A DNA stretch of 64,000 nt from Sedimentisphaerales bacterium (GTDB taxonomy: Bacteria > Planctomycetota > Phycisphaerae > Sedimentisphaerales > Anaerobacaceae): positions 1,441 to 65,440 of the forward strand of contig JBEKHA010000013.1 of NCBI GenBank assembly GCA_050012515.1, given 5' to 3'. The stretch's first letter is position 1; each line of letters starts with the position of its first letter. Below, piece by piece: positions 10,621 through 20,486 of the stretch. Position numbers and translations under genes: made by a program. The notes beneath the pieces are model-generated. The model was not told the origin of the DNA. It did no database searches and saw only the letters and a list, made by a program, of their open reading frames with translations.

Positions 10621-11293
10621 TTTTATTCTCCTTATGTTCGATTTCTTTTTTCTGTTTTTCCGCCAGCTTCTTTGTCTCATTAATCACTTCCGCCTTCTCC
10701 AACCGCCCCGAAAGCGCCTTTACCTCTTCGGCAAGCTCCGGCGTATATGTGCCGGTGTCTATTGCGACGCTTTCAATCTCCGAAAGCATCCTTCTTGCCT
10801 CAAGCACCGACTCCCCTGCCTCTTCGACAGCGATATGATGGTAGAGCTCGCCGGCAATTTCCTGGGGTTTAAGAGGCAAATAACCCAAGGTCTGCAGCTT
10901 TTCGACAAGCTCCTTGAGTATCTTCCAGCCGGCAAATTCCGCCTGAATCTTCTCAGCAGCTGCAGTATCTTTGGCTCGCGCCAAGCGTACCAGGAAACTG
11001 TGATGATTCATCGCCTTGTTAAACACCTCGCCTACAAACTGCTTTGCGAATTCAATGTTAGGCACCATCTCATTTCGTGCACGTATGTCTTTCACGTCCC
11101 TGATAACAGTTCTCTCGCTGACTTTCAGGACCTGGCCGATTTGCGGATAGGTGTACCCTTCAGCGATAAGCAGCTCAACACACTGCTGACGGCATTGCTT
11201 GTCGAGCAGCTTCGGGTCAGTTAGCCCGGAGTTTATTTCCTGAAGTATTTGTAAGGCAGACCTTTCGTTATCATTTGCATTATTCGCACCCAT
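10610..11293 (-). CDS. Terminase small subunit-like HTH protein
   Basis: N-terminal HTH 'YPQIGQVLKVSERTVIRDVKDI' and a coiled-coil C-terminus. It lies immediately upstream of, and overlaps, the TerL start. AGGAGG RBS before the ATG at 11293. Confidence 0.55.
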   Translation of the reverse strand: MGANNANDNERSALQILQEINSGLTDPKLLDKQCRQQCVELLIAEGYTYPQIGQVLKVSERTVIRDVKDIRARNEMVPNIEFAKQFVGEVFNKAMNHHSFLVRLARAKDTAAAEKIQAEFAGWKILKELVEKLQTLGYLPLKPQEIAGELYHHIAVEEAGESVLEARRMLSEIESVAIDTGTYTPELAEEVKALSGRLEKAEVINETKKLAEKQKKEIEHKENKNEE

Positions 11294-11294
11294 C

Positions 11295-12560
11295 TTAATC
11301 CTCCTTGAAATAACGCTTACGTATGTCAGTAGAAACCTTGTCCTTGCCAGCATAAGAGATATAACGATGCACAATTGCATCGCAATAACGAGAATCTATT
11401 TCAAGGCCATAGCAGCGACGGCCGAGACCTTCGGCGGCAATAAGCGTCGAGCCTGAACCCAGGAACGCATCCAGGACGATGTCGCCTTTGACCGAACTGT
11501 TTATTATCGCACGCTGCGCCAGTGCGATTGGCTTCTGCGTGGGGTGAATATAATTTTTATTTGCGTCGCGTTTTACCTCCCAGACGGTGCTTTCGCTCGT
11601 TGAGCCAAACCAGCGGTGGCTGCCGTTATTTTCGAGCCAGGCGTAAAGACAAAACTCTGCTTGCTCATGATAATCACCGAATGACATGGCAAAATTCGGC
11701 TTGGCCCAGACAATAACCGAAGCGACGTGGAAACCTAGCTCCTCGAGCTGGGCATGCATGGGTCCGAAGTTTTTGTGCCCGTTCCAGATGTAGGCAGCCG
11801 CTCCCCTGTCCATAAATTTCACTATATGGGAGAATACCTTGCGAAGCAGGTCACTGTATTCCAGCTCGCCTATGTTGTCACCATGTATCTGTGCCCATCG
11901 GCAGGATTTCCTGGTGCAGGCATTGGGATTGGGTCTATCGCCAGCCACGTAGGCGACGTTATAAGGCGGATCCGTATGAACCAGACCTACTTTTTCCACC
12001 GATATAAGGCGTTCGAGATTTTCCAGAACCGAGCAGTCTTCGCAGAGGATTTTATGAGGACCAAGTTCGATAAGCTCACCTTTTTGGGTGACGGGCTCAA
12101 TTATGGATTCAGCTACCCCCTCGGTATCAAAATCGTCCTCCCCTCCTGTCTCCAGATAGCGGTCGATGAGCTGACCGATTTCAACAGGAGTAAAACCCGT
12201 CGTCCCTACGTCCAGGTAGGGAACCCTTGTAAGCTCATCTAGTAGCAAGGCCAGCTTTTCCTTGTCCCAAGACCCCTGTACCTTATTTAATGCCAAGTTA
12301 AGGGCTTTTTCTTTTTCAAGTGGCAGGTCAACAACACTCACCTCGATTTCCGTGCAGCCCTTCCGCACCAGGATCTTAAATCGCTGGTGGCCGCCAACGA
12401 GGTTTTTAGTACGCCGGTTCCAGACAAGCGGCTCTACAAGCCCGAAACCGTCGATACTCGCCTCGATCTGCTTGTACTCCGGATCATCCGGCTGCAAATC
12501 CTTGCGAGGGTTGTGTGGTGCAGGATTAATTTCGCTGATTGGTATTTTCTTGATTTCCAT
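11295..12560 (-). CDS. ParB-like nuclease domain fused to a DNA N6A/N4C methyltransferase
   Basis: N-terminal 'INPAPHNPRK...GGHQR' (ParB/Srx type). Methyltransferase motif IV 'DPPYN' precedes motif I 'DAFLGSGST'. RBS before the ATG at 12560. Confidence 0.85.
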   Translation of the reverse strand: MEIKKIPISEINPAPHNPRKDLQPDDPEYKQIEASIDGFGLVEPLVWNRRTKNLVGGHQRFKILVRKGCTEIEVSVVDLPLEKEKALNLALNKVQGSWDKEKLALLLDELTRVPYLDVGTTGFTPVEIGQLIDRYLETGGEDDFDTEGVAESIIEPVTQKGELIELGPHKILCEDCSVLENLERLISVEKVGLVHTDPPYNVAYVAGDRPNPNACTRKSCRWAQIHGDNIGELEYSDLLRKVFSHIVKFMDRGAAAYIWNGHKNFGPMHAQLEELGFHVASVIVWAKPNFAMSFGDYHEQAEFCLYAWLENNGSHRWFGSTSESTVWEVKRDANKNYIHPTQKPIALAQRAIINSSVKGDIVLDAFLGSGSTLIAAEGLGRRCYGLEIDSRYCDAIVHRYISYAGKDKVSTDIRKRYFKED

Positions 12561-12620
12561 GTTTGTCTCCTTTCTGTATGTTTTCATTATGTAAGTATTC
12601 ATTTAAACTAAAAAAATATA

Positions 12621-13424
12621 TTACACATTTATACCCGCTTGCCTATCTTCATTCTCCAGTTCGCTAGCCATCTTAACCCACTCTAGCTGGGAAATTTCTT
12701 TCTTCCTAAGGCCCTCAACCGCAGTTTTAGTAGTGGCCTCCATCATCTTAAGACCCAAACTGACGCTATAAGCCAGCATTTTTTTCTCTTTTTCGAGCCC
12801 CTTATCCACTACCTCGTACCGGAGGGCATGGTCTCGTATTTTTTCATTAATCTCAAAGTATTTCCTACAATTGCATTTTGCTTCTTCCTCTATCCGGCCA
12901 AACACCTCGCTTAGTACCCCGTCTTCGCCGACTCCGTACCGCTCAATTAACATCCGCTTGGCAACTCGATAATTTATAAAAAAACCTTCATCTCTTATTA
13001 ACGGGTTAACAAATAAGCTGGTACTTGCCAGATAGTTAAGTTTATTCAGCTCCCTCACCACCTGCTCGTCCTTGGCAATCCTCTCAAAGCTTAGGCCCTT
13101 GACATCTTTCAATTCTATTATCAAACCAAGGTAAGCTATAATCTCCTTCGGATAAAATACCGTTCTGCCCTTTAATTTTTTGAGCTTTTCCGGAAAACGT
13201 TCCAACAGGATTTTCCTGATTTTTCTGTTAACATATACGTGGTTAGCCTTAATAACAGGCGGCGGCAAAAGACCGTGTCTGGCACCGAGATTATGAAACC
13301 AAAAGCGCGTCTTCTTTTTGCTCTTCAAAAAATCTTCAACCCGCTTTGCGGTAACCAACTCTTTTCTATAGTCAACCATAGTGGCTCTTTTACAAATGAA
13401 TTCCTTCATAATGAAAGTAATCAT
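12621..13424 (-). CDS. Hypothetical protein (possible regulator, divergent from the recombinase)
   Basis: Clean ORF with an AGGA RBS before the ATG at 13424. No motif recognised. Confidence 0.5.
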   Translation of the reverse strand: MITFIMKEFICKRATMVDYRKELVTAKRVEDFLKSKKKTRFWFHNLGARHGLLPPPVIKANHVYVNRKIRKILLERFPEKLKKLKGRTVFYPKEIIAYLGLIIELKDVKGLSFERIAKDEQVVRELNKLNYLASTSLFVNPLIRDEGFFINYRVAKRMLIERYGVGEDGVLSEVFGRIEEEAKCNCRKYFEINEKIRDHALRYEVVDKGLEKEKKMLAYSVSLGLKMMEATTKTAVEGLRKKEISQLEWVKMASELENEDRQAGINV

Positions 13425-13674
13425 ATATTTTCCTTCGGCATCTGTCAACCCTTTTCTTTAATTTTTTTGTGCCGGCTGTTGGGTGTGGGTAAAGTCAGAC
13501 GTATCAACGCCGAATCAGCAGATTAGCATAAATCTTGCGAACTGACGGCAAAAACCGCATTATTGGCGCAAAAACGGCGATATATCAGCTAAATATCGGC
13601 CTAATCAACTTGATATAAGCCCGCATATAGAGCCCATATAGGGGGTAATATTAACCCTTTTATGGAGGCTTATT

Positions 13675-15507
13675 ATGATAAGGGCCAACACCGAACAACG
13701 CCCGCTAAACCGGGCCGTCGGCTACGTCCGCCGGTCCACAGACCGGCAGGAACAATCCATTCCCGACCAGAAAAAAGCCATAGAAAACTACGTCGCCGAG
13801 CACGACCTGCGCCTTACGAAGTTCTACGTGGATGATGCCATAAGCGGCACATCCACCATTGGCAGACGAGCCTTTCAGCAAATGATTGCGGATGCCCAGA
13901 AAACAAACAGTCAATTCGACAAGATAGTAGTCTATGATGTGAAACGTTTCGGCAGAATTGATAACGATGAGGCGGGCTACTATCGTCACATCCTAAGGAC
14001 CAATGGAGTTGAAGTTATCTACGTCTCCGAGAATTTTAACGGTGATGTCACCGATGACCTGCTTCGACCGGTCAAGCAATGGCAGGCAAGGCAGGAATCC
14101 AAAGATTTATCGAAGGTAACTATCAGAGGCCTACTTTCAAAGGTCGAAGGCGGCTGGTGGATGGGAGGCACACCCCCCTACGGCTATGACCTGCGATACG
14201 AAAACGCCGAGGGCAAGTTTTTATTCATAATACGCTTTATGCCAGATGGCTCAAAACAGCTTCTCGACAAACAAGGCAACGTAACCCGAACCCTAACCAG
14301 GGGTGAATCACTCAACATATCCAAACGTGACCAGGCAAAACTTATATTCAGTGATAACCAGCGAGTAAAAGCAGCCAGACAAATCTTCCAGATGTATGCA
14401 GAGCAAGGCAAAGGTTACAAATCCCTTGCAGATACCCTCAATCAACAAGGCATCCCTACGCCAAGAGGACCACAATGGGCGCACATCTATCGAGGCAAGT
14501 GGACCGATACAACCATAAGGGCCATCCTGGTCAATCCTATTTATGCCGGGGATATGGTCTGGAATCGTCGAACCGATGCACGCTTCCACAGGATAAGCCA
14601 GGGCCGGGCCATAGACCGTGAAAATGTACACGGGGCGAGGTTGGTACCTAATGATCAAAGCGACTGGATTGTCATTCGAGATGCCCACCCCGCATTGATA
14701 AACAGGCGCCTGTTTGAACAAGCCAAGCAACGGCTTGAAAATCATCCCAAGGCAATTGAGCAAAAACAAAACACCCACGGCAGGACATGGAACGGCCAGC
14801 GGAGCAGGTTCATACTCTCCGGGCTTTTAAGATGCGCCCTGTGCGGCAACCGTTATCAGGGAGTTACCCGTGAGAAAGGGGAAAAACGGCTGGATGGCAC
14901 AAGAATCAAAAACTACTACTATGGCTGCGGCGGCTATATAACCAAGGGCACAACCATCTGCCAGATTAATGCCATTCCAAAAGAGGTGCTCGAATCGAAA
15001 GTCATCGAAACGGTGCTGGACTTTTATAAGCCGTATCTTGAAAAAGATGGCCGATTGAAGCTCGCTGAGGCCGTAAAGGCCCAGACGGGCGCAGAAAAAG
15101 AAGACATCGCCTCAGCACGCCAAAGGGCACAGGCTGAATTGGAAAATATAACCAAAATCATAAATAACCTCTTAGACAATCTTACAGAAACCAACCGTGA
15201 GCACGTAGATAAACGGCTCAACGAACTGACCACCAAAAAGCAGCAAATTGAAGCCCGGCTGGAAGAACTGGAGCGACTGTCGCTGTCGCAGGCCGAGATA
15301 GATACGATAGTAGCCGATGGTATGCGGTTTTTAGCAGGGCTGGATTTTACCCTCCGTAACGGCCTGCCTGAAGAGAAACTGACCGCCCTGCGCCAATGTA
15401 TCGAAAAAATACATATCAATAAGCCTGCCAAGAAAGCTGTTTTGACAATTCGGCTGGTTCCGGTAGGTGGTCTTAACGCAGTCCAGGAAAGAAACATTTC
15501 TATATAG
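13675..15507 (+). CDS. Large serine recombinase (phage-type integrase)
   Basis: 'AVGYVRRSTDRQ' resolvase catalytic-Ser motif. Recombinase domain. Zn-ribbon 'CALCGN...YYYGCGGY..C'. Long coiled-coil. GGAGG RBS. Confidence 0.92.
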   Translation: MIRANTEQRPLNRAVGYVRRSTDRQEQSIPDQKKAIENYVAEHDLRLTKFYVDDAISGTSTIGRRAFQQMIADAQKTNSQFDKIVVYDVKRFGRIDNDEAGYYRHILRTNGVEVIYVSENFNGDVTDDLLRPVKQWQARQESKDLSKVTIRGLLSKVEGGWWMGGTPPYGYDLRYENAEGKFLFIIRFMPDGSKQLLDKQGNVTRTLTRGESLNISKRDQAKLIFSDNQRVKAARQIFQMYAEQGKGYKSLADTLNQQGIPTPRGPQWAHIYRGKWTDTTIRAILVNPIYAGDMVWNRRTDARFHRISQGRAIDRENVHGARLVPNDQSDWIVIRDAHPALINRRLFEQAKQRLENHPKAIEQKQNTHGRTWNGQRSRFILSGLLRCALCGNRYQGVTREKGEKRLDGTRIKNYYYGCGGYITKGTTICQINAIPKEVLESKVIETVLDFYKPYLEKDGRLKLAEAVKAQTGAEKEDIASARQRAQAELENITKIINNLLDNLTETNREHVDKRLNELTTKKQQIEARLEELERLSLSQAEIDTIVADGMRFLAGLDFTLRNGLPEEKLTALRQCIEKIHINKPAKKAVLTIRLVPVGGLNAVQERNISI

Positions 15508-15512
15508 CTCAA

Positions 15513-15530
15513 ACGGAGCTTTTCCTCCGT
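15513..15530 (+). terminator. Hairpin downstream of the recombinase gene
   Basis: acggag-cttttc-ctccgt, a perfect 6-bp stem 6 nt after the stop. There is no strong U-tract. Confidence 0.3.
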
Positions 15531-15547
15531 AATCGAGCTTAATAGAA

Positions 15548-15571
15548 AACCTCCGACCTCCGGGTTATGGG
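15548..15571. repeat. 24-bp direct repeat identical to an internal part of tRNA-Met (distal att site)
   Basis: 'aacctccgacctccgggttatggg' is identical to 27378-27401, checked base by base. It overlaps an 8-bp inverted repeat ttatgggg/ccccataa at 15564-15584. Confidence 0.85.
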
Positions 15572-15758
15572 GCGGCTCCCCATAAAACGCCCATATGCGT
15601 CTGGAAATATATTTGCAGCAAGGATTGGTGGCGATGATGATTTCGCCGGGGGTAAAAACTACCTAAACAGAAGGTGAGAGCCAAGTAGGGCTTGCGGATA
15701 GTGCAAATACGGTTGGAAATAAAGCGTTTTTTGCGAGAGACGTGATACTTTAAAGCAA

Positions 15759-18700
15759 TTATTTGGTGCTGAAAATTTCAAGTACTTTTAAGCATATCGA
15801 TCCGGTAGGGAGTTTTGCTTGAACTTGTTCTTCTACCTGTTTGCCCAATAAAGCACGTGCAATTGGAGTCCTTTCGTTCACAATACCAAAATCGGGATTT
15901 GATTCGCCTTTACTAATGCTCACCTCCAAAATGTCATTAGGATTCTGCAAGTCCATATACCTTACAGTATCGCCTACCTTCACAACAACAGAACTACCCA
16001 CCTCCGGTTTGCTCATCTTCCACATGTCGTCAGAGAAAGGCTGGTCAAGTGTATTTGCAGATAATGGCATGATACCTCTATCTTCGAGGAGGTTCCATAA
16101 AGGAGCCAAAGCATTTGCCGGATCCATATAAAACGATGAACCTCTAACTCGATAGAATACCCATTTGCACCGTTCAAGCATTCGTTGCCGCTGCATATCC
16201 TGCTCGTATCGGTCAGCGCCGTGGAATTCGTCCCCGTCGCACTCGACAGCTAACCGAGACTGATGTCCTTCGATGACCAAATCTATGAACTTGCCAGCGA
16301 CCTCAAACTGTGGGATTACTCTGTACCCCTTACCTGCGATTTCAAGAGCAACATCAACTTCAAACCAGCTTTCGAATGGTGATGGTGGTTTTTCAATCGC
16401 CCGGTTTGCATTAAGTGCCGTTTTTTTCAAAGTAGCAATATCTAAACCAGCGATTGATTGCACCCTCGTTTCCTCAAAGAACTCCAGCAAGCGCCTCCGC
16501 AAACATTTTGTACTGAGGTCATTGCGAGTTACAGAGTGAAACAGCCACATTTGATCTCTTGCGCGGCTTGCAGCGACATTGAATCGTCTTTCATCGTCAG
16601 CATCACCCATTACACCGATTTGTTCATTCGGAGCCGCAACCATCGAAAGAAACATTACGTCTCGTTCATCACCTTGAAAGCTATACGGGTTGCCGCAGAT
16701 AAGACGACGGTTTTCCATCTCACTGGCCCCAAGGCGCTCGAGGAGCATAGACTCAATCAATTTTGCTTGCTGTTCACCCTGCAATACCACAACGCCCATT
16801 GATTTGCTTGAGTATTGAGGATCATTACAACAATCCACAATGCGCTGAACAATTTCTTCTGCCTCAGGCCGATTGGTAACGTTGGCATTCGAACCTTGTC
16901 GATGACCTTTTTGAATGAAAACGTTCTCCAAAGGCTTTAATCGATTGGGTGGATATTGCCTCAATGGTATTAGGGGAGTGGACGAATAACATAAATCATT
17001 GCTGAAGTGAATGATTTCCGGCATACAACGGAAGTGTTCCCGCAAAGCTACCCTGCGAGTCCCATATCTGAGTTTTCCGTGACTGAAGAGGCTGCTTTCT
17101 ACACCGAAAGAATCTTTAAAGCGAAAATCATGTAGAAACTCCTCCATTAGCCGATAAACAGCATCACGTGGGATACCAACTGCGTCAGGGCTGATTTGCT
17201 TGTCATCGCCGACGATGATTATCTTGCGACCTAAGTAAAATAAGGGTAGAGATTCAGGTCCACACTGTGATGCCTCATCAACAATGATTGTATCGAACAT
17301 TTCAGGTTTGGGGTCAACGGTATCCCAAACCCTATGGAGTGGCATAACCCAGGCAGGTACAACATCCACACATTCATTCAAATGTTTCTGAGCATCGCGG
17401 CGATGTCTTGGAGCGTGTTTGCCCGTACCCTTACCAAGTTTTCTAATAGACTGTTGCCAAGCTTCAAGGTGACGAAGATGTACTTCCTCCATACGCTTAA
17501 AACAAAATGACCATGCCCGTAAAGATGCAATCGCGGATATTCGTTTTTCTATGTCATTTTCTACCTGACGAACACGTCTTTCAATACTAAGAAGGTCATC
17601 CTTATTCAGATAATTGTTGAGATATACTTTGGCCTGAGCCCATTGCCAAGCTTTGGAGAGCTGAGGCAATCGAGAGTCCCAAACCGATTCATTAGGTGTT
17701 TCTTGCAAGCTGTGCGCAAAACGAGGCGCCAATTCTTTAATTTGTTTAAGAAACAAATCTGCCCATCGTACGACCTGAGCGGCTTTATCGATTTTATCAA
17801 TATCATGTTTCGCGCGAAGCAGTTCTTCAGAATCGTGTGACCTAATCGCTTGGAGAGATTTGTTAACAACTGAATGGGCATTCGACCTCATCGACAGGTC
17901 AAGCAAGTGATTTTCCCAAGATTCAATCTTTGCAGTGACACTTTGTTTCTGAAACAAAGCGAGAACTCGCTGACAAGATACAAACATTTTATTTAAATAG
18001 GAATCGTCGTGCCATACTGGTTCTGGAATGTTGCCACAAAGCGCAAGATGCTCTTTACATTGCTTAACAAAATCCTGGAGTTCGAATGCTTGATTAAGTA
18101 GGTTTTTACGATGTTTGAGTTCCGCTATCTGAAAACTTATTGGGTGACTATTTTCCGGAAAATACGGAGTCCAAGAGTCCCAAGCATTCTGTAGTGCTTT
18201 CTCCAATTCAAGGTTATTTACGAGATCCCGAATAGTTTCCAAGGTACGACATTGTTTGCTGTTAACAAAAACAGATTCTAATATATAACGACGTTGCCTT
18301 ACTACTTTGGGACGGAATACTGCCCATCCCAGAGAGGAACCAGATTCCAGGTGCGTTTTGAGGATTTTAGCGTCCTCAAGCAGGTGCGTTCGATTTATGT
18401 TTTCCGGCGAAACAATGGGCGCAAGTCCTTTTCGTTCTTCGTATAGATCTAACGATTCTGAGGTCAAACAACCAAGGTCCCACCAACGACTGTGATTTCC
18501 AGAAAGAATATCCTGCACGCATCTTGAAACCCATGATTCAGTATTGCTGCGAAGGTGCGTGACAGAGTCGTTCAATTGCTTAATGCTCTCGAGGAGAGCC
18601 CTCACATCAGATTCTTTACAGGAGGAAAGATGGTCATAAATGATCTTGTCGGAATTAGGAGCAAGAGCTTCAATTTGGTTACAGAATTGTTGCTCCTGCC

Positions 18701-20486
18701 TCACGGCGTTCTCAAAATCTTCTTGTTGAGGCAAGTCCTTATTTGGATCAGGGATGAAATGTGCAAGATCTTTTCGGCGTTCGGGTGTCAGTTTGCGAAG
18801 AATGGTCAAGAGTCGCGTGAGATGATGAACCTCGAAAGGGCATTCTTTTTCGCTTGGGACTGGATCATCAAGCCAATTGAATAGCGGTTCGTTTTTGAGA
18901 ACAGTTCTTGCGATTTGGGCTGCTGTACCCTGATATGACCCGTTCGCAATGACCTGAGTATGGGTCTCGGATTCACGAATATCACGAATACGCCTTTCCA
19001 ACTGTGCCTTCTCTTGGCGAAGTTCTTTTAATTGAGCACTCATTCTTTCGCACTCACCGTGTCGGATTAGATTTTCTGTGTCCCATTCGTCATGTTTACT
19101 CAAAATGCGTCCAACACTTGCTTCTAGCGATCGCTGCTCATCGATTCCCTGACCGAGCAGATTAACGCATAAAGGTCGAATTTCCTCGGGGAGCAATCCT
19201 TCTAATACATGAAGCGCGCGAGGGGTTTTTGCGGTGACCAATACACGATGATCAGTAGCGAGAAGATGACAAATTAAATTTGCGATTGTGTGTGATTTTC
19301 CGGTACCAGGTGGGCCTTGGACAAGAATTCCGGTCGATTTTCTAAACTTTTCAATGATATGTCGCTGTTCATCATTTGCTGGTTTTGGAAAATATACCTC
19401 CGTGTCAATCATATCGGTTTCGAAATCATCATCCGGTTTATCTTGATGGTCTGCCGTATTCGGTATCTCTGCAAGATCTGCGAATTCCGATGGGATTCTT
19501 CCGCCTTGCTCAATAGATTGTTTCATATTCTTTAATATCTCAGTTAGCCCTCTGATAGATCTCTTACGAAGAATTAAGGCCGGTGCATATTGTACGATGG
19601 GTTTCACTGAGAGTGGTTCGCTTGCAGGTTCAATGACCTCACGGTATTCGCCATCAGGTTTAATCGAATGGACGAGTCCTTTTAAGACAGATTCGATAGA
19701 CGCTTGTTCCCAAGGGTCGTCATGAGTTCCCTGCAAACCTTCTTTGGCTGCGCGTTCCGCACCCGCAGGATGTTCTTCGACATCGAGCATATCAATTTCT
19801 ATGGTAAGTTGGGCGCCTTCTCTGGCCGGATGAATTGTGAAACGGCCGAGAGACGCTTCGAATTCAAGAGTGGCTTTTGCAGTTATTAAATGTCGCCTCA
19901 CATGCTGATTCTGAGGTGTTTGCCAGCATAAAAGCCCGAGACCAACCACAAGCTCATATTCCTCACCTAAACGTTTTTGCTCCTGGTATATTGTAAAAAG
20001 CTGCGAATATACTTTATGAATTGTTTCCCATTTTTTGTATAAATGAGACCAAGGCATCCAATTTCGTTCTATGTAGTTCTGCCATGCGTTAGCAACTTCA
20101 GGATAGTCAGCCAATTTTTCTGTCTTCGTAATGAACGCCAATTCCGAAGAACCTTTTGTCCATGCAGGATTTGGCTCCTGCTTTGTGATCTCATCGTGTA
20201 AAGCGGGAATATCCGTTGTCAGGTGAAGCGACTCTTGTATTACCCAATCACGGCAAACTTTTGGGATAGTTGGCAATTGCGGTTCTTTAGCAGTCTGCAC
20301 CTCTATCCATACATCAGGGTCGTGTTCTTCTTCTGGCCCCCAGAGACGAGTATAGCACCCCTTTTCGTGTGGGATCTCATGTAGCCACAGGACTCGCTCA
20401 TATTCACTGAAGTCCCTTATTATGCGAGATCGCAAATGGGCAATACGTATCAGATATTCAACCAATCTAACAGCTTTTTCGCTCAT
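15759..20486 (-). CDS. 1575-aa SF1 (Upf1/Dna2-like, AAA_11/AAA_12 type) helicase fused to a Vsr/DUF559-like endonuclease and a GreA/GreB C-terminal-like domain
   Basis: Walker A 'GPPGTGKS' (nt 19293-19316, aa 391). Walker B 'VDEASQ' (aa 1070), after a ~650-aa coiled-coil insert. 'FRCMPEI' and 'NVAASRAR' helicase motifs. Nuclease-like 'FIDLVIEG...AVECDGDEFH' (aa ~1372-1455). C-terminal 76 aa include 'TPIARALLGKQVEEQVQAKLPTG', which is GreA-C-like. Confidence 0.85.
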   Translation of the reverse strand: MSEKAVRLVEYLIRIAHLRSRIIRDFSEYERVLWLHEIPHEKGCYTRLWGPEEEHDPDVWIEVQTAKEPQLPTIPKVCRDWVIQESLHLTTDIPALHDEITKQEPNPAWTKGSSELAFITKTEKLADYPEVANAWQNYIERNWMPWSHLYKKWETIHKVYSQLFTIYQEQKRLGEEYELVVGLGLLCWQTPQNQHVRRHLITAKATLEFEASLGRFTIHPAREGAQLTIEIDMLDVEEHPAGAERAAKEGLQGTHDDPWEQASIESVLKGLVHSIKPDGEYREVIEPASEPLSVKPIVQYAPALILRKRSIRGLTEILKNMKQSIEQGGRIPSEFADLAEIPNTADHQDKPDDDFETDMIDTEVYFPKPANDEQRHIIEKFRKSTGILVQGPPGTGKSHTIANLICHLLATDHRVLVTAKTPRALHVLEGLLPEEIRPLCVNLLGQGIDEQRSLEASVGRILSKHDEWDTENLIRHGECERMSAQLKELRQEKAQLERRIRDIRESETHTQVIANGSYQGTAAQIARTVLKNEPLFNWLDDPVPSEKECPFEVHHLTRLLTILRKLTPERRKDLAHFIPDPNKDLPQQEDFENAVRQEQQFCNQIEALAPNSDKIIYDHLSSCKESDVRALLESIKQLNDSVTHLRSNTESWVSRCVQDILSGNHSRWWDLGCLTSESLDLYEERKGLAPIVSPENINRTHLLEDAKILKTHLESGSSLGWAVFRPKVVRQRRYILESVFVNSKQCRTLETIRDLVNNLELEKALQNAWDSWTPYFPENSHPISFQIAELKHRKNLLNQAFELQDFVKQCKEHLALCGNIPEPVWHDDSYLNKMFVSCQRVLALFQKQSVTAKIESWENHLLDLSMRSNAHSVVNKSLQAIRSHDSEELLRAKHDIDKIDKAAQVVRWADLFLKQIKELAPRFAHSLQETPNESVWDSRLPQLSKAWQWAQAKVYLNNYLNKDDLLSIERRVRQVENDIEKRISAIASLRAWSFCFKRMEEVHLRHLEAWQQSIRKLGKGTGKHAPRHRRDAQKHLNECVDVVPAWVMPLHRVWDTVDPKPEMFDTIIVDEASQCGPESLPLFYLGRKIIIVGDDKQISPDAVGIPRDAVYRLMEEFLHDFRFKDSFGVESSLFSHGKLRYGTRRVALREHFRCMPEIIHFSNDLCYSSTPLIPLRQYPPNRLKPLENVFIQKGHRQGSNANVTNRPEAEEIVQRIVDCCNDPQYSSKSMGVVVLQGEQQAKLIESMLLERLGASEMENRRLICGNPYSFQGDERDVMFLSMVAAPNEQIGVMGDADDERRFNVAASRARDQMWLFHSVTRNDLSTKCLRRRLLEFFEETRVQSIAGLDIATLKKTALNANRAIEKPPSPFESWFEVDVALEIAGKGYRVIPQFEVAGKFIDLVIEGHQSRLAVECDGDEFHGADRYEQDMQRQRMLERCKWVFYRVRGSSFYMDPANALAPLWNLLEDRGIMPLSANTLDQPFSDDMWKMSKPEVGSSVVVKVGDTVRYMDLQNPNDILEVSISKGESNPDFGIVNERTPIARALLGKQVEEQVQAKLPTGSICLKVLEIFSTK

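Larger units (their letters stand above)
8900..15547. mobile_element. Phage-derived remnant / integrative element (terminase pair, ParB-methylase, large serine recombinase)
   Basis: Contiguous phage-type genes. The region is AT-richer than the flank. The recombinase gene sits at the right edge, about 40 bp from the tRNA-derived repeat. The left boundary is not resolved. Confidence 0.6.
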
